A DNA stretch of 64,000 nucleotides from Octopus vulgaris (taxonomy: Eukaryota). The translations under genes and the position numbers were made by a program. Location: assembly GCA_951406725.2 (NCBI GenBank), contig OX597820.1:16864001-16928000 (forward strand), in the 5' to 3' direction. Shown in pieces: positions 40,655 through 54,582 of the stretch (its first letter is position 1; each line of letters opens with the position of its first letter). Below the pieces are notes generated by a model, which saw only the letters and a program-made list of their open reading frames with translations, was not told the DNA's origin and made no database searches.

Positions 40655-40830
40655 GGATCGATATCCATCAAAGACATCAAAATCACCATTTTTGAATTTC
40701 TTTGACAAATTTTGGCATTTCCGAATACTCACTCCATCAGGTTATACTGTACATTAGTTTTCCTTTGTTGCCTTTACGAAATTCGTAAAGCATGCAATGC
40801 CGAATATGTTGCTTACTATATCCATTGTCT
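40655..40830 (-). pseudogene. Decayed mariner transposase N-terminus
   Basis: KQHIRHCMLYEFRKG ... IRKCQNLSKKFKNGDFDV. Confidence 0.7.
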
Positions 40831-41256
40831 TCTATGGGCTAGAAGATGGTGTATATGTATATACAACGTGTGCGAGCTGTTTGTTGTATGACACCAGACT
40901 ATTTGCATGAAAATACATTGCTTTCCGAAACCCCTAAAATACACAAACATGCATATACAAAGTACGTATATTATATATATATACGTATATATACAAATGT
41001 TTTATAATTATAAACAAAATTATAAAATATTTGTATAATTTTACCTATAAAGGTTATTTTAACGTACCGATCTACTTGGTGAAATTATTAATTAACTGAT
41101 TGATTAATTAATTAATTAATTTAATTGATAAATTTTACCCTTTTATGATTAATTTAAAATTATATGTATATATATGTGTATATATTTATGTATACATATA
41201 TGTATATATATATACATATATATGTGTGTGTATATATATATGTATACAAACATACA

Positions 41257-41346
<90 letters not shown>

Positions 41347-41419
41347 GATATAATCCTTTATGCGTAATAAAAATAGGTCTTGGACTTTTAAGGATAATTA
41401 CCCTAATAACAAGGTGTGG

Positions 41420-42080
41420 CCTAGTAAAATTGTTTGGCTGATCATTCCATATGATAAGCAGATGAAATCTAACCTCCCTTACTAGTTTCGTGAAGCTATA
41501 GATAAGAATTTTCCAAAACTTTCCAGATACCATTCCGAATAAGAATAAGTTTTTTAAAGATCAAAAATCTTTCACAAATCATTTCTTGTTAAATCATTTC
41601 GTGTTAAATACAAATCTACTTAATGAAAATAATAACAGTGATATTATTTATGCTAACCATTCTTTGAACAATTATAACAACAATATTAATATTTCTGATA
41701 TAAATTCGAATCTGTTTTGTTTCCTTAGCAGTAATTCTAAGATTAGAAACTTTGTTTTGTCAATGTAAAATTGCTTCCGGTTCCGATGCCTTTTTTTATA
41801 TATAGGTAGCTCATCGTCCCAGTTGTCGAAAAGAATATTTAATCAATACTCTAAATTTAGACATATCAATAAACGCAACAATACTGGGCTTAATAAATTA
41901 ATTTGGTCTCTAAAGGGACATAAGAAACAATTCGATTTGGAATGGAAAATTCTACTTAGATCCCTCCCATATGACAAAAGTAAATCTTTTTGTCCGCTCT
42001 ATAACGAAGAACAATTTTTCATCCTTTTCTCGGAGAATACTCTTGTCAGTACGTTTAAAGAACGCGTGTATCGTTGTAAC
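41420..42080 (+). pseudogene. Decayed PLE GIY-YIG region
   Basis: YIGSSSSQLSKRIFNQYSKF..TGLNKLIWSLK..WKILLRSLPY..FCPLYNEE. Confidence 0.7.
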
Positions 42081-42091
42081 GCGTTTATCGT

Positions 42092-42148
<57 letters not shown>

Positions 42149-42149
<1 letters not shown>

Positions 42150-42280
42150 CCGGAGTAAACACATAAATGTGAAACAAGGTGGAAAAAAGAGTACTCAAAT
42201 ACCAGTGGTAGAGTAATATGCTTTATTTAAAGCAGCAGAAAATTCAACAAAACCTGTTACTCTGAGTACTTTAAATAAAG
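42149..42280 (-). mobile_element. Family G element, internally deleted copy in (TA)n
   Basis: Matches 61643-61761, breaks at the HHR stem III sequence and keeps a 12-bp inverted end CTTTAAATAAAG. Confidence 0.8.
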
Positions 42281-42297
42281 TATATATATATATATAT

Positions 42298-42373
<76 letters not shown>

Positions 42374-42459
42374 ATATATGTATATATATATATGCCCGCA
42401 TGTGTCTCCTGTCGTGAGGTAGGTTCATATATATATATATATACATATGTATATATAAG

Positions 42460-42490
<31 letters not shown>

Positions 42491-42621
42491 ATATAAATGT
42501 GTATATGTACATATATGTATATATACATATATATATATGTACATATATATGTATATATATGTGAATATATATATGTATACATATATATATGTATATACAT
42601 ATATATATACACAAATATATG

Positions 42622-42661
<40 letters not shown>

Positions 42662-42681
42662 TATATTCATATATATGCATA

Positions 42682-43295
42682 TATTTGCTGAAGGCCAGTT
42701 TCTTCAGTGGGACAGCCTTAATAATCCTGACATACAGACTGCTAGATCCACATGTAGATCTAACAGTTTGTAAATCCTAACTTTTCAAACCACTGCGTAG
42801 ACGCAGATTATACCCGGCGACAGAGAGGATGCCGGTAAAAATTTCGAACAAATTTATCAAGCAATATTTAAACATAATAAAATAGGGTAATAAAATAAAT
42901 TATTATTACCAGTGGCCTAGCACAAAAAATGAATTAGTCATTAGACTATATATTATTCATATAGAAATACAATAAGAGGCTTCCAAATAGGAAAGCGTTG
43001 TGCTAGAACACAAAAATGGGATAAATTCACGAAAGGAATGAAAATTAAAAACATTTACCATCTCAACTATAACCCAGACAGACGGTTTCTAACTATTTCC
43101 AGCAAAAAAGCATTTGCCGAAGGCCAGTTTCTTCAGTGGGACGTTTGATAAATTTGTTCGAAATTTTTACCGGCATCCTCTCTGTCGCCGGGCATAATCT
43201 GCGTCTACGCAGTGGTTTGAAAAGTTAGGATTTACAAACCGTTAGATCTACATGTGGATCTAGCAGTCTGTATGTCAGGATTATTAGGGCTATCC
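42682..43295 (-). mobile_element. Family E non-autonomous PLE-like element with direct and inverted terminal repeats
   Basis: Direct repeat 42682-42712 / 43112-43142; ~150-bp inverted repeat 42708-42860 / 43145-43295. Confidence 0.8.
43073..43140 (-). ncRNA. Type I hammerhead ribozyme motif, family E
   Basis: ccca CUGAAGA aacu..uucggcaaa/uuugcugga..aguu a GAAA c cgucu g UC uggg; GUC triplet, intact core. Confidence 0.7.
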
Positions 43296-44492
43296 CTAAC
43301 ATGCCAAAATGTAAAGAATTTTACGTTTAAACTTTAAGTTGATCACGTCTTAGCAAAGTGGAAGAAATTATTATTTTATTAAGGTAAGTCGATGTTCATA
43401 AGATCGGATCCTATCCTTTCTACTTTTAATAAGCTTAAATGTGGCTAAAATGCACCTTAGTTTCTCTTTGATTTACACCTTATTTAATATTTGATTTAAT
43501 TTCAATCTTCGAAACCTACCTGAACTTAATCTAAATGAGATTGTCTCCTCAATGATAGCTGACAATCAAAGGTACAACACGTGTTTATTATGAGGACATT
43601 TTATCTTACAGGTACACAAATATTTTCCTTTTCCTTTATGTTACAAATACTTAGGTACATATTGATTAATGTCAGAAATGAAAGTATACTCCGAAAGAAA
43701 TGTTCACCTAGCATCTACAGAACTTGTTATCACAATTTCCAATAATTTATCTATGTCTAAACTTATAGATAATTTAGCCGCGTCTTTATATAAGCAAATG
43801 TATCTTGTTCAGGCTGAAAAGCTTTTAAATTGAAAGATTGCAATATTTCTAAGACACCACTAAAAGTTTTATTCAATAGCTTAAGATGTGAAACCTAATT
43901 TGTATTCTCCCGAGGAAGATTAAGTTACTAATTCTTTGTTGGTCGAATTTCACAACACTGGGGTATCGTTGCTGGTTTGATATTAGACATTTCATATGAA
44001 GTGAAGTACTTTGACAAGTTTTAAGACCAGCGAAAGTCTTCTGGAATGGATAATGGAACTTTATAAATTCCAGAAGATTTCCAGTGGTTTTTGATCTTCA
44101 TCATTTTCGTTTCACTCTTCCAGTTGTTACATTTGACCACATTTGTCGTTTAATTCTATTTTTTCCATTCCATTTCTTCCTCTTATCTACTTTCTATCGC
44201 GGTTGTAATTTATCCCCAACCGCCATATCATTCCAATATATCTGCATTTGTTTTACTGTTGGTCTATAAACAATAACCATGTTGTTTATGTATTAATGCC
44301 ACTCTAGAACATATTCGACTTTCTTTCCAGACATTGGTTCTGTTTGAAGAAATGCTTCAGTTATCTGAGCCGGTTCTTTTGGCATGTTTTTACCAGGAAT
44401 TTTTTCATCTACTTTCAATATACAATTATTTTTTTTCCTTTTCCCAATATTAGTATTTTTCTAGAATCTTGCTTGTAAAGCCTTAACGTCGT

Positions 44493-44636
<144 letters not shown>

Positions 44637-45519
44637 GTCTTCATTTCAGTCATGCCACGGCGGATTATGTGTATAAATCTTGGATATTGGCAATGGAACA
44701 TTTTCTTTATTTGAAAGCAGTTGTTTACATTTGCTCCTGACTTGTGTATATCAAAGAAGGAGGCGAAGATGTGCAAAATAACTATTGACTGTATAACAAT
44801 GCCTGTGATTTTTTTCTCGTTGTTTTTTTATGTATCTTTTCGGTTTCCCTCCTCTGCAGGTTTTCTTATAATGTGGTTCACCTCAAACTCTTTAACTCTT
44901 TTACTGGTTTTCCTCACTGGACTGTGACCATGCTGGGGCATCACCTTGAAGAAGTTTCGTCGGTTTAATAGACTCCCAGCACATACTTTATGTTTTTTTT
45001 TTAAATTTTATTCGCCTCTTTCTCTCGAACTGCTTCGATACGGGAACGTAAATAAACCAACATCGATTGTCAAACCGAAAAAATACAAGCGTAAACACAT
45101 ACACACATATGCACATGCACACATATGCACATACACACATATGCTCATATACACACATACGCATATATATGTCTATGTGTATAGGAGGGGATTCCTCATA
45201 GTTTCCATCTATCAGATTCTCTCACAATATACGAGTTTTTATGATTGCATATTTTTGTGCTATTTAGCCACGAGTTAACCATCAATCAAAGCCAGCCTAT
45301 CCTTGATCATCTCGTCTTTATTACATAATAGGCCTACATTTTGCGATGTATATTCATAAGACGATATGGTATAATTTTGGTGGGGAACTGCAGGCCATTT
45401 CTATAATTTCATTGAGGAATTAACATTTATAAGGGTTGTGTTAAACAACCTTACTCTTTTTCTAAAACCTTATTGATGAGTTCCAGTGGAAGAAATCACC
45501 ACTACCACCACCACTACCA

Positions 45520-45830
45520 CCTTGCCCACATTATGTCCCTTTCAATGCGTCGTTTCCATCACGGTTCTTTTGCTCCACCATTTTTTGTTCTCTTAAGTTG
45601 TAATTTCTCTTCAACAAGTAGCGCAATAGCCCGGAGAAGATTCCTTGTTTGCATTAAGTCCTTCGTCTGGATGTATGGTATGACAGTATTTATCCTTTGT
45701 GTCACTTTATTTATTGTACTCCTATCTACCCTTCTCATATTCATGGGGATTTTTCCTTCTGGAACATTCAAATCGGTGAGTCGTCTGAATTTCAAGCAAT
45801 TCATTATCTAGTTGGTTCATTTCCCCTGCA
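45520..45830 (-). pseudogene. R4/Dong-type LINE ORF N-terminal fragment
   Basis: TRNLLRAIA..KEP*WKRRIERDI resembles the pre-RT P-x-W-K-R-R motif. Confidence 0.5.
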
Positions 45831-46119
45831 TGTCCACCCACCACTTTATCAGGGTTCACTGTATAGCGTTCCTGTTCCTCATCCTTAACAGCCCCATCAC
45901 CCTGTTCCTCCTCTCTACTCTTTCCCCCCTGCTTTAAACTCCTACCTCTCTGTTTTCAACTACGACCATCCTTTGTAGCCCACCCGCATGGTCTCTCAGA
46001 CTCTTACTAATGCAAAATATTTCTACTCCAGTTAAGTACCCTTCCTCCGAATCACTCTCACTGGGTTCATTAGTTTATTTTCTCACATTGGACGCATGTC
46101 CTTTTCCATCCAAAATTTC

Positions 46120-46950
46120 AAGGTACGTCGGCCTACTCCGCGACTTCTTTCGAGCTTTGCTATTTCCAAGCAGTGCTGTTTTCTGCAAGTGCTCCACCCT
46201 TATTGCAGCCCCTATACTTCTCAAGATTTTCACTCACTGTTCCCAGGGATCCGACAATTATTGGTACTACTATCACCTTTTTCAGCGACCTCAACTGGTT
46301 AACCTCCCAAGCTAACCTGTCATATCTATCGACTTTTCTTTCTTCCTTATTGCATACCTTGTTGTCAGCTGGGCATGCTATATCTGTGATCCAGCATCGT
46401 TTACATTCTTTTTTAATTAACACTATGTCCGGCTTCCTATTCTCTAACCCATAGTCGCACTGAGTCATAAAGTTCCACAGGGTCTTTATATTATCATTTT
46501 CTATGACGCCTTCGGGTTTTTGTTCGTACCACCTTTTAGCTCTGTCAAGTCCATACTTACTGCAAAGTGTCCAATGGACAATCCTTGCTTTATTGTCATG
46601 ACGTCTCTTATATTCCTTCTGGGATAGTGGCGTACGTTGACTGGTAATGTGCCATACGGTTTCACCATTTTGTCCACAAATATTCTGCACTTATCACTTT
46701 CTGCTGTGTTGTCTATTCCGTATTTGATGTAATTGGCTCTTAGTGCTTGCTCTTGGGTAGCACAGATTAGAGCCTCCGTTTCCGGTTTTAAATCACTTTT
46801 AGTCATCCATAGCCATCTTTTTTCTCTGTCTGTTTTATCTTCAACGTTCCTATGAAATTGTCCATGCAGTTTTCTTTATCCACCTATTTTCAGTTTCATT
46901 CGTTTTCAATTTCTTGTATAGTGCTTTATCTTTGCAATCTTCCATCCTAC
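46120..46950 (-). pseudogene. R4/Dong-type LINE C-terminus (CCHC knuckle and restriction-like endonuclease), frameshifted
   Basis: DLKPETEALICATQEQAL, DKCR..CGQNGETVWHI, YKRRHD, RKPDIV, ITDIACPAD..K..Y..L, VVPIIVGSLG. Confidence 0.85.
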
Positions 46951-47609
46951 ACCAGCCCGAAAAGGATGAAAAACAAAATCGACGTTGGTGGAATATGAAC
47001 TCAGAACGTAAAGCCGAAAGAAATGGCGCTAGTATTTGAATTAATTTAATACTCGAGTTAATTAAGAAAGGATTCTCCATCGTGTTATACAGTGGTTCAA
47101 TTAAGAAATAGAATTAATCTATAATAAAGTACCTGGGGTACTTTGCTATAGAGTTCATTTCGTTATATGCAGGTGAGTTAATTAAGTGGTATCTCTGTGT
47201 GGAAATTTGAATATGGAAACTTTAGGAATGTTTTACTGAATAAACCAGAAGAGTAAATCAATAACTCGATACGTTTGTTAATTAGGTTGTAATTACAATT
47301 TAGTAGTTTAAATGTTTTTCCCAATTACAAAATGGTACCGCCCACCACAACCACTTGTACGGTAAATACTATCTATTATGAACCAGGAAAGTGATACTCG
47401 ATGGATTTAGCCAAGGAGGTATACTATTGTCTTCTTTACTATTTATTTTGCTTGCATAATCACATTAACGTTTATACTCTTACCCCCACACACTATATTC
47501 GTATGTATATTTATACACACACATATTTGTATATATATATGCATGTATAAGCATATACATATATATATGTATATGCTTATACATGCATACATATTAATAT
47601 GTACTTCAT

Positions 47610-47686
<77 letters not shown>

Positions 47687-47733
47687 CATATATCAAAGTT
47701 ACCAGAACAAAATTTTGCAAACCAATTTGAAAC

Positions 47734-47766
47734 TTCTGTCGAAGAGCACAGGCTCGAAACGTAAAA
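47734..47766 (+). ncRNA. Degenerate family F hammerhead motif
   Basis: uu CUGUCGA a gagc acag gcuc GAAA cg UA aa (A6>U). Confidence 0.5.
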
Positions 47767-47939
47767 AACTTTTTCACTTCCCGTGCGTTAAGCTAATACC
47801 TCTGTTTGTTGTTTACAACACTATGGAGTGGATTTCCTCTACAGACCAATCAAGTATTCTAAATGTTGCTATCAACACTGGTACTGCAAATGCATTGTGG
47901 CATATTGTTTTGTTGTAAGAGGAGAGTTCCGACTGCCAT

Positions 47940-48390
47940 ATTTTCCTAAGTCTGGTGCAATATTCTCGAGTCACTGTATCTTTATTCACGGTACCTTCAT
48001 ATGATAATTTTCATCTATGACTAAGTACTTGTAACATTCTTTGTGTGGAATAGGGAAGATAGACAGACCGTTGATGCACAAATTTTCGGTTTGGGGAACT
48101 GACTTTCCTCGTTCTATGACCAAATACGAACATTTCTTTTGGCCAAATTCCATGCCTATATCAGCTAAAAATGTTGTCATTAAGTCCAGTAATATTTTGG
48201 CATTGTTAATACTTTTAGCATAAATCTTCAGGTTGTCTAGAAAGAAATTATGAGTTACATTGATATTTCTAGCAGTTGAAAATCCTAGCATGTAACCATT
48301 TGTTTTCTGCAGTAGGAACGATAACGGATTCGGTGCCAAAACGAAATAAAGTACAGAAAGACTATCTCTCTGGAATATTCCCTTTGTATG
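47940..48390 (-). pseudogene. R4/Dong-type reverse transcriptase fragment
   Basis: KGIFQRDSLSVLYFVLAPNPLS, THNFFLDNLKIYAK (decayed DD motif), DIGMEFGQKKC, YKYL. Confidence 0.85.
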
Positions 48391-48570
48391 ATGTATGTAT
48401 GTATGTATGTATGTATGTATGTATGTATGTATGTATGTATGTATGTATGTATGTATGTATGTATGCATGTATGTATGTATGTATCTATCTATCTATCTAT
48501 GTTGTTTAAATGTATTGGCGTGTGTATGATTTGAGTATATATAAATATATATGTGTATGTATATATTTAG

Positions 48571-48632
<62 letters not shown>

Positions 48633-48747
48633 GCATATATATAATACAATAGTGCAAAGATATAACTAACAGGAAGACGAGGTAAAAAAACAAAAAAGAA
48701 GCAGAGTGTATTACGTTCAGGAAATAGAAGAAATCGGAAGGACAAGT

Positions 48748-48784
48748 CTTTTGTATTTCGGGCATACACTCTTCTTCTGAAGGA
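48748..48784 (-). ncRNA. Degenerate family F hammerhead motif
   Basis: ccuu CAGAAGA a gagu guau gccc GAAA ua CA aaag; several core changes. Confidence 0.4.
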
Positions 48785-50165
48785 ATAATCAAAGAGATAA
48801 AAAAAAATGAGTAAAAGGAACACATGTGCATGTAACGAATGATCACGGCTTGCTGAAGTAACCAGAGGCGGGTATATAGATCACCCTAAGCGTGGTAGCA
48901 AAGGAGCACGACTGTGAACGGGCAGTTGTGTGTGAGTGTGTGTGTGTGTTTGTGTGTGTGTATGTGTGTGCGTGCATGCACGAGTGTGTACATGAAGCTA
49001 TAGGATATGCGTGTCCAGTGTGTGTTTGTGCGTACGTGTTCTTGTGAATATGTGTGTCTTCCTTTTCTGTTTGATTATGCGTGTGTATGTGTGTGTGTGT
49101 ACGAGGCTATCTGGCATATATGTATGCGTGCCTGCGTGAGTGTGTGTATGAAGCAAATGAGTACGTACATGCTATGAGTGTTTGTATGAATATGTAGGTA
49201 CTCGTTCGTGCGTGCGTGTGTGTGTGTGTGTGTGTGTGCGTGTGCGGTTCTTTTCATGTGTGTGATTCTTTTCTTTTCATATATGTGCATGAGACTGTCA
49301 GGCATAAGCGCACGTTTGCATGAGTATGCGTGCGCTCATGTGAGTATTCTGCTATTGTGTGTATATGTGTTTGTGCGTGCCTGAGGCCATTTTGTGTGCC
49401 ATACTCGAAGGACGTATACGTGACATAGAGGTGACAAAAGTGTTGAGAAGCGCCTGTGTATTATAGACTGGTTACTATGAGTACGAAAAGCGTGCAGGAC
49501 TATAATGAAGGTGTGAGTGCTAGTGTGTGTATGAAGTAAGAAATGTGTGTGTGTGTATTTGTGTGTATGTGTATGTGAATACTGTTTAAATGTGTTGGAG
49601 TGTGTATGGTTTGAGTATATATAAATATATATGTATATGTATATATATGTAGATATATATATATACACACACGCAAACGCACCACACACATACACTCACA
49701 CACAAATACACCACACACACATACTCACACACACATATATACATATACATATGTATATAACTCAATCGTTATTCTGTCTCTTCTTCACACAGACACATAC
49801 TGACACACGTACACACTGACACACATACACAGACAAAACACTGGCATACACATACGGATATCCACCGTCACGCCCTGGTCCCTCTCCCCTAAATTTTCCT
49901 CTTCTTCGTCCTTATTACACGTCTCCCTTACATTTATCGAATCTACATTATTTTGAGAGAAATCCAATAGGTATCAGCTTCAAAACAGAATCATAATAAC
50001 GTCTTAATATTAATGACAAACATAGTCTCAGACTGAAATGACACCTAAATGATCTTTAGCCTTAAATTCACTATAATTGATTTTTTTTTTTTTAGTTACG
50101 ATAAAATATGTTTCTACTTTGAGTAATGGTTCCGTCTGACAAGCGTTGATTGCTCTGTAAAAGAC

Positions 50166-50790
50166 TGTTTATCCGGTTACAAGTCTTGGCTAAAGTATTT
50201 TCTTTTATAGCAATATGTGTATCATACTTCGTTTGCGAAATTCCTGATATGAATTCGTGTGTTGAAAGAGATCTTGTTTTATCTTGGGAAGGTCATTATG
50301 TCAATAATCATAAACACACGCACTGGTTTAATATCACTTCTTTATTCTTAGTCAGCCGACTAAATATCATGTGTTTATCCGGTTACAAGTCTTGGCTAAA
50401 GTATTTTCTTTTATAGCAATATGTGTATCATACTTCGTTTTAGTATTTGGTTTGCGAAATTCCTGATATGAATTCGTGTATTGAAACAAATCTTGTTTTA
50501 TCTCGGGAGGGTCATTATGCCAATAATCATGAACACACGCACTGGCTTCATATCACTTCTTTATTGTTAGTCAGCCGACTAAATATCTGGCCATCTAACA
50601 AATCGATGGTTTGTTTAATGCGTTTGGTTAAACAATTTATCGGTTGTTTGTCAAAATCCTTTCGGTGCTATTCGTGACCTCATCAAAGACATGCCCTCAT
50701 TCTTCAATGACTGCCTTGAGACGAAAGATCTTTACCAATTGATTAACAATAGAGAAGTGATAGTGAACCACTGCGTGTGCCCATTATTAC
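50166..50790. repeat. ~205-bp tandem duplication plus a partial inverted copy
   Basis: About 50166-50369 is repeated at 50372-50588; about 50740-50788 is an inverted partial copy. Confidence 0.8.
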
Positions 50791-52157
50791 TATGTATCAT
50801 ACTTAAAGCAAATACGTCGTTAAAACTGCTATCTCGCTGATAAACTGCGATGTAGCAGTTCTTATAAACATATAATGTTAAGAAACAGAAAAATTTGTAT
50901 AACAGACGAAAACCGTCCAACAATGGTAGTGAGATTGCCTTTACGCATTTTTGTCTCCTTAAGTTTCGTCAGCAGTAGGCATCCACAAGCAGCCGTGTGC
51001 TAAAACAAAATCAGTCGCTACTGATATAGTAAAGCAGTAATTGAAAATTACTGATATCGCAATAAGCCGGTGGGCTGAATTAAAATTCGTTATGAGCGAC
51101 AGAAGCAGTATTAGTTCAAAATAGCAATCTGTGCATCGTACTTAAAACAGATAGGTCATTGAAAGCCAAATAAACTGCTTCTGTCGCTCAAAAATCTACC
51201 TCCTCGATTTCATATACTTGAAATACTGAACACTGGTTTTCTTCAGTTTTCAATGTTTCAGGCTAAATTTATATTTATAGTAATCGCACATAATTTCGTT
51301 ATTCGTTTATTCCTTCATTCCCATATATTATCTATTAATTTCTCTTAATATTTATTCTTTTGTATTTTTTAGTTGTCTTTCATATAAATTTGCTTCATTT
51401 ATGTGTTTTTTTATGTGTGCGTGTGTATAGATGCATGTATATATGCACTGCATATATCTGTGTATACACACATTCACTCACATATATACATACATACATC
51501 CATAGACACACACACACACATAGATATACTCACATTTTTAATGCAGCTTTTTTACATCCGGTTTATACTTTCGTTTTAATTTGTGTGTGTATGTGTTTGT
51601 GCCTGCGTGTCTGTGTCTGTGAGTACGTATTACTGTGTGTGAGTGTGTTCGAAGTATTATATTTCAACAATAAAATAAGGTTTAACTTTTAAAGACCAGT
51701 TTGTAGGGTCGATAGGAAACGTATTCACCTTCGGATCAAAGTTTAGAAAAACAAAAATAAGAAGAAGGAAAAACAGAAGAAAAATGGCTAATGCACGGTC
51801 TCGTAAAACTACATCACAAAGGTGAGATATAAAAATATCACAAAGGTGAGATATATCTAACATAACAAAGGTGAGATATAAAAAGACAAAAAGAGCTATT
51901 TGAAGGTAACTGCAAATACTAACATCATGGAAAGAAAGGGATGTAGCGCCTTGCTTATACGGAAAAAGAAATGATATGGTTACTGTTCCAAAGTATAAGA
52001 CAGCTGATAAATGTGAAGAAACGCCATTACAATCAAACTATATTTGGAAGCTAAATTCTGAACGTTCTAAATGTGTGGTGCAACGATGTAATTATATGAA
52101 ATGTTTTCGCGTAACATACAATCATAAGTTTGAATTTAATTTTACACGCACACACGT

Positions 52158-52320
52158 ACGACGGGCTTTCAGTTTCCGTCAACTAAATTCACTCACAAAG
52201 TATTGGTCGATCCGAGGCTACAGTAGAAGACACTTGCTGAAAGTGCTGAGTATTGGGACTGAATCCACGACCCCATGGTTGGCAAGCAAGCTTCTCAACC
52301 ACACAGCTGCGTATGCGTCA
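52158..52320 (-). mobile_element. SINE family A, head half
   Basis: TACGACGGGCTTTCAGTTTCCGTC..GAAGACACTTGC..AACCACACAGC. Confidence 0.75.
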
Positions 52321-52796
52321 ATAAGTAAATACATTAATAAAATACACGCTTGTGTTTCAGTGACTGTTACGAGGGGGAAACAAATGTTTAAGAACAAGAA
52401 AGAAAAACAGAGGTATTGAGGATTATATTAATGTCCGCAATATTTCAGCATCTGAAGCGGTGTGAAAGATGCTGAGGTTGAAATGATATGGTTCATTTAG
52501 TAGGATAACAATATGTTTGTTTCAATGACAACGAAAACACGGAACACATCCACAGAAATCGTAAATTATGGATTTATGATTCCATGGATGACAGGTAAAC
52601 ATGAATCACCTGTAGCCTTCCAAGCGCATACTATTTGCTGTCCTGATTTCACAGAATATTATACGTGGGATAAAGCAAAAAGATGAGGAAGAAGAAAAAA
52701 AAAATAACACGAATTTGGATGTTTGTACTTTGTTATTCCAAAAGATGAGAAGAATTTCTGTGTGAAAGTTTGATTTCATCATATTTCAGAAGCAAC

Positions 52797-53120
52797 ATTC
52801 AGCCGACGTCGACTTTGCTTTTCATCCTTTCGGGCCGATGAAAGAAGTACCAGCTGCACACTGGGGTCGATATAATCGACTTGCCCTTCCCCCAATTTTT
52901 CAGCCTGTATACCCACAGTAGAAAGGATATTTCAGAAGCTGCCTCATTGTTTATTCTTTCCGATTTAGGCGCAAAGCCAGCAATTTTAAGGGGAGAGTGG
53001 GAAATCAATTACATTGATACCAGTACTTCACTGGTAGTTATTTTATCGACCCCGAAAGGATGAAAGGTAAAGCTGACTTCGGCTGCATTTGAACTCTAGA
53101 CGTCGGCAGACATTTTGCAC
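52797..53120. mobile_element. Two inverted SINE family C fragments
   Basis: TTTTCATCCTTTCGGG on + (~52820) and CCCGAAAGGATGAAAGG (~53050). Confidence 0.7.
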
Positions 53121-53655
53121 CAAAGTCTATATGAGAGTTTCTTTCAATGTATTTACAGCAGTAAAGTTTGTTGTAACTGAACGTCCACGTTTAAGTGGAG
53201 ATAAATAATATTACCCCTCGGTGTTAGTATTGCCCCCGTCGCTAATATATGTTTTTTTAACAAGAGTCAAAAAGCTATGCGTAATATTTGGGCTTTTGAA
53301 GGCCGTAAATCAGTCGAATTGCCCACTCGATGGAATAAATGCTGAACAGCCTTTCTTCTGGTTCTTTACGTTCTCTACGTTTCCGTAACTTAGCGGTCTT
53401 GTAAAGGAGATCGATAAAATAAGTGCCAGACTTTGAAATAACTACCGGGATCGCTTTGTTCAACGAAGCCCTTCAAAACGGTTGCCTCAGCATGGCTGCA
53501 GTCTAATGATTAAAACAGAAGATAAAATTTTACTCAAGTTTATACAAGGCTAGAATTTCGGAAGCAGAGTGAACAGTCGATGGTATGAACATGAAAAGCA
53601 AAGAAAGTTTCAGCGAAATTTGAACTTTGAATGTAAGAGATCGTAACTAAATACC

Positions 53656-53906
53656 TATTTCTTTATTACCCACAAGGGGCTAAACACAGAGGAGACAAAC
53701 AAGGACAGACATAGGTATTGAGTCGATTACATCGACCCCAGTGCGTAACTGGTACTTAATTTATCGACTCCGAAAGGATGAAAGGCAAAGTCGACCTCGG
53801 CGGAATTTGAACTCACAACGTAACGCAGACGAAATACCGCTAAGCATTTCGCCCGGCGTGCTAATGTTTCTGCCAGGTCGCCGCCTTAGATGCTCGCCGC
53901 CTTAGT
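53656..53906 (-). mobile_element. SINE family C, full length, nested in an older family C copy
   Basis: Near-identical to 4944-5177; TSD TCGTAACTA(A/G)ATACC at 53641-53655 and 53907-53921. Confidence 0.85.
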
Positions 53907-54396
53907 TCGTAACTAGATACCGTAACGCATTTTATCAGTTGCTCAGTGATTCTGCCAATCCAAAATATTGCGTATACTTGGAGAAACTCTGTCGACCAAC
54001 CAGGCTTGACTAATGGCTGACAGCCAACCAAGTCTGACTAATTTGTCTCTCTCGGTTCTGAATTAAATTTTTCTTGCGGCCGAGCTTTGTTTTCATTTCA
54101 CTGGTTTTCGATAAACAACTATCAGTAATATACTGTGTCAATTTAATCAACGAATTTTCGTGCCATCTTTATTTACAGTGTGTCTATAACAATACAATAT
54201 TCACTGCCAAAATCAAACGGAAAATGCTATAGAGACCTCTGAACAACTGCATAAAGATATTTACCTTGTATATTCTTGATCTCCTCGGTTTGTCATCAGA
54301 CGCCGTTGAAAGAAGATATATCTTTATACTTTGAATATTACAGACATTCAAGTAACACCATCTACTTCCGCCATTCTCTCTTTATCTCAGCATATT

Positions 54397-54496
<100 letters not shown>

Positions 54497-54501
54497 CCTA
54501 C

Positions 54502-54582
<81 letters not shown>

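Noticed and set aside
51810-51882. Short spaced repeats CAAAGGTGAGATATA (three copies) as CRISPR-like
   Set aside because: The spacers are tiny and similar, there are no cas genes and the context is eukaryotic; it is a minisatellite
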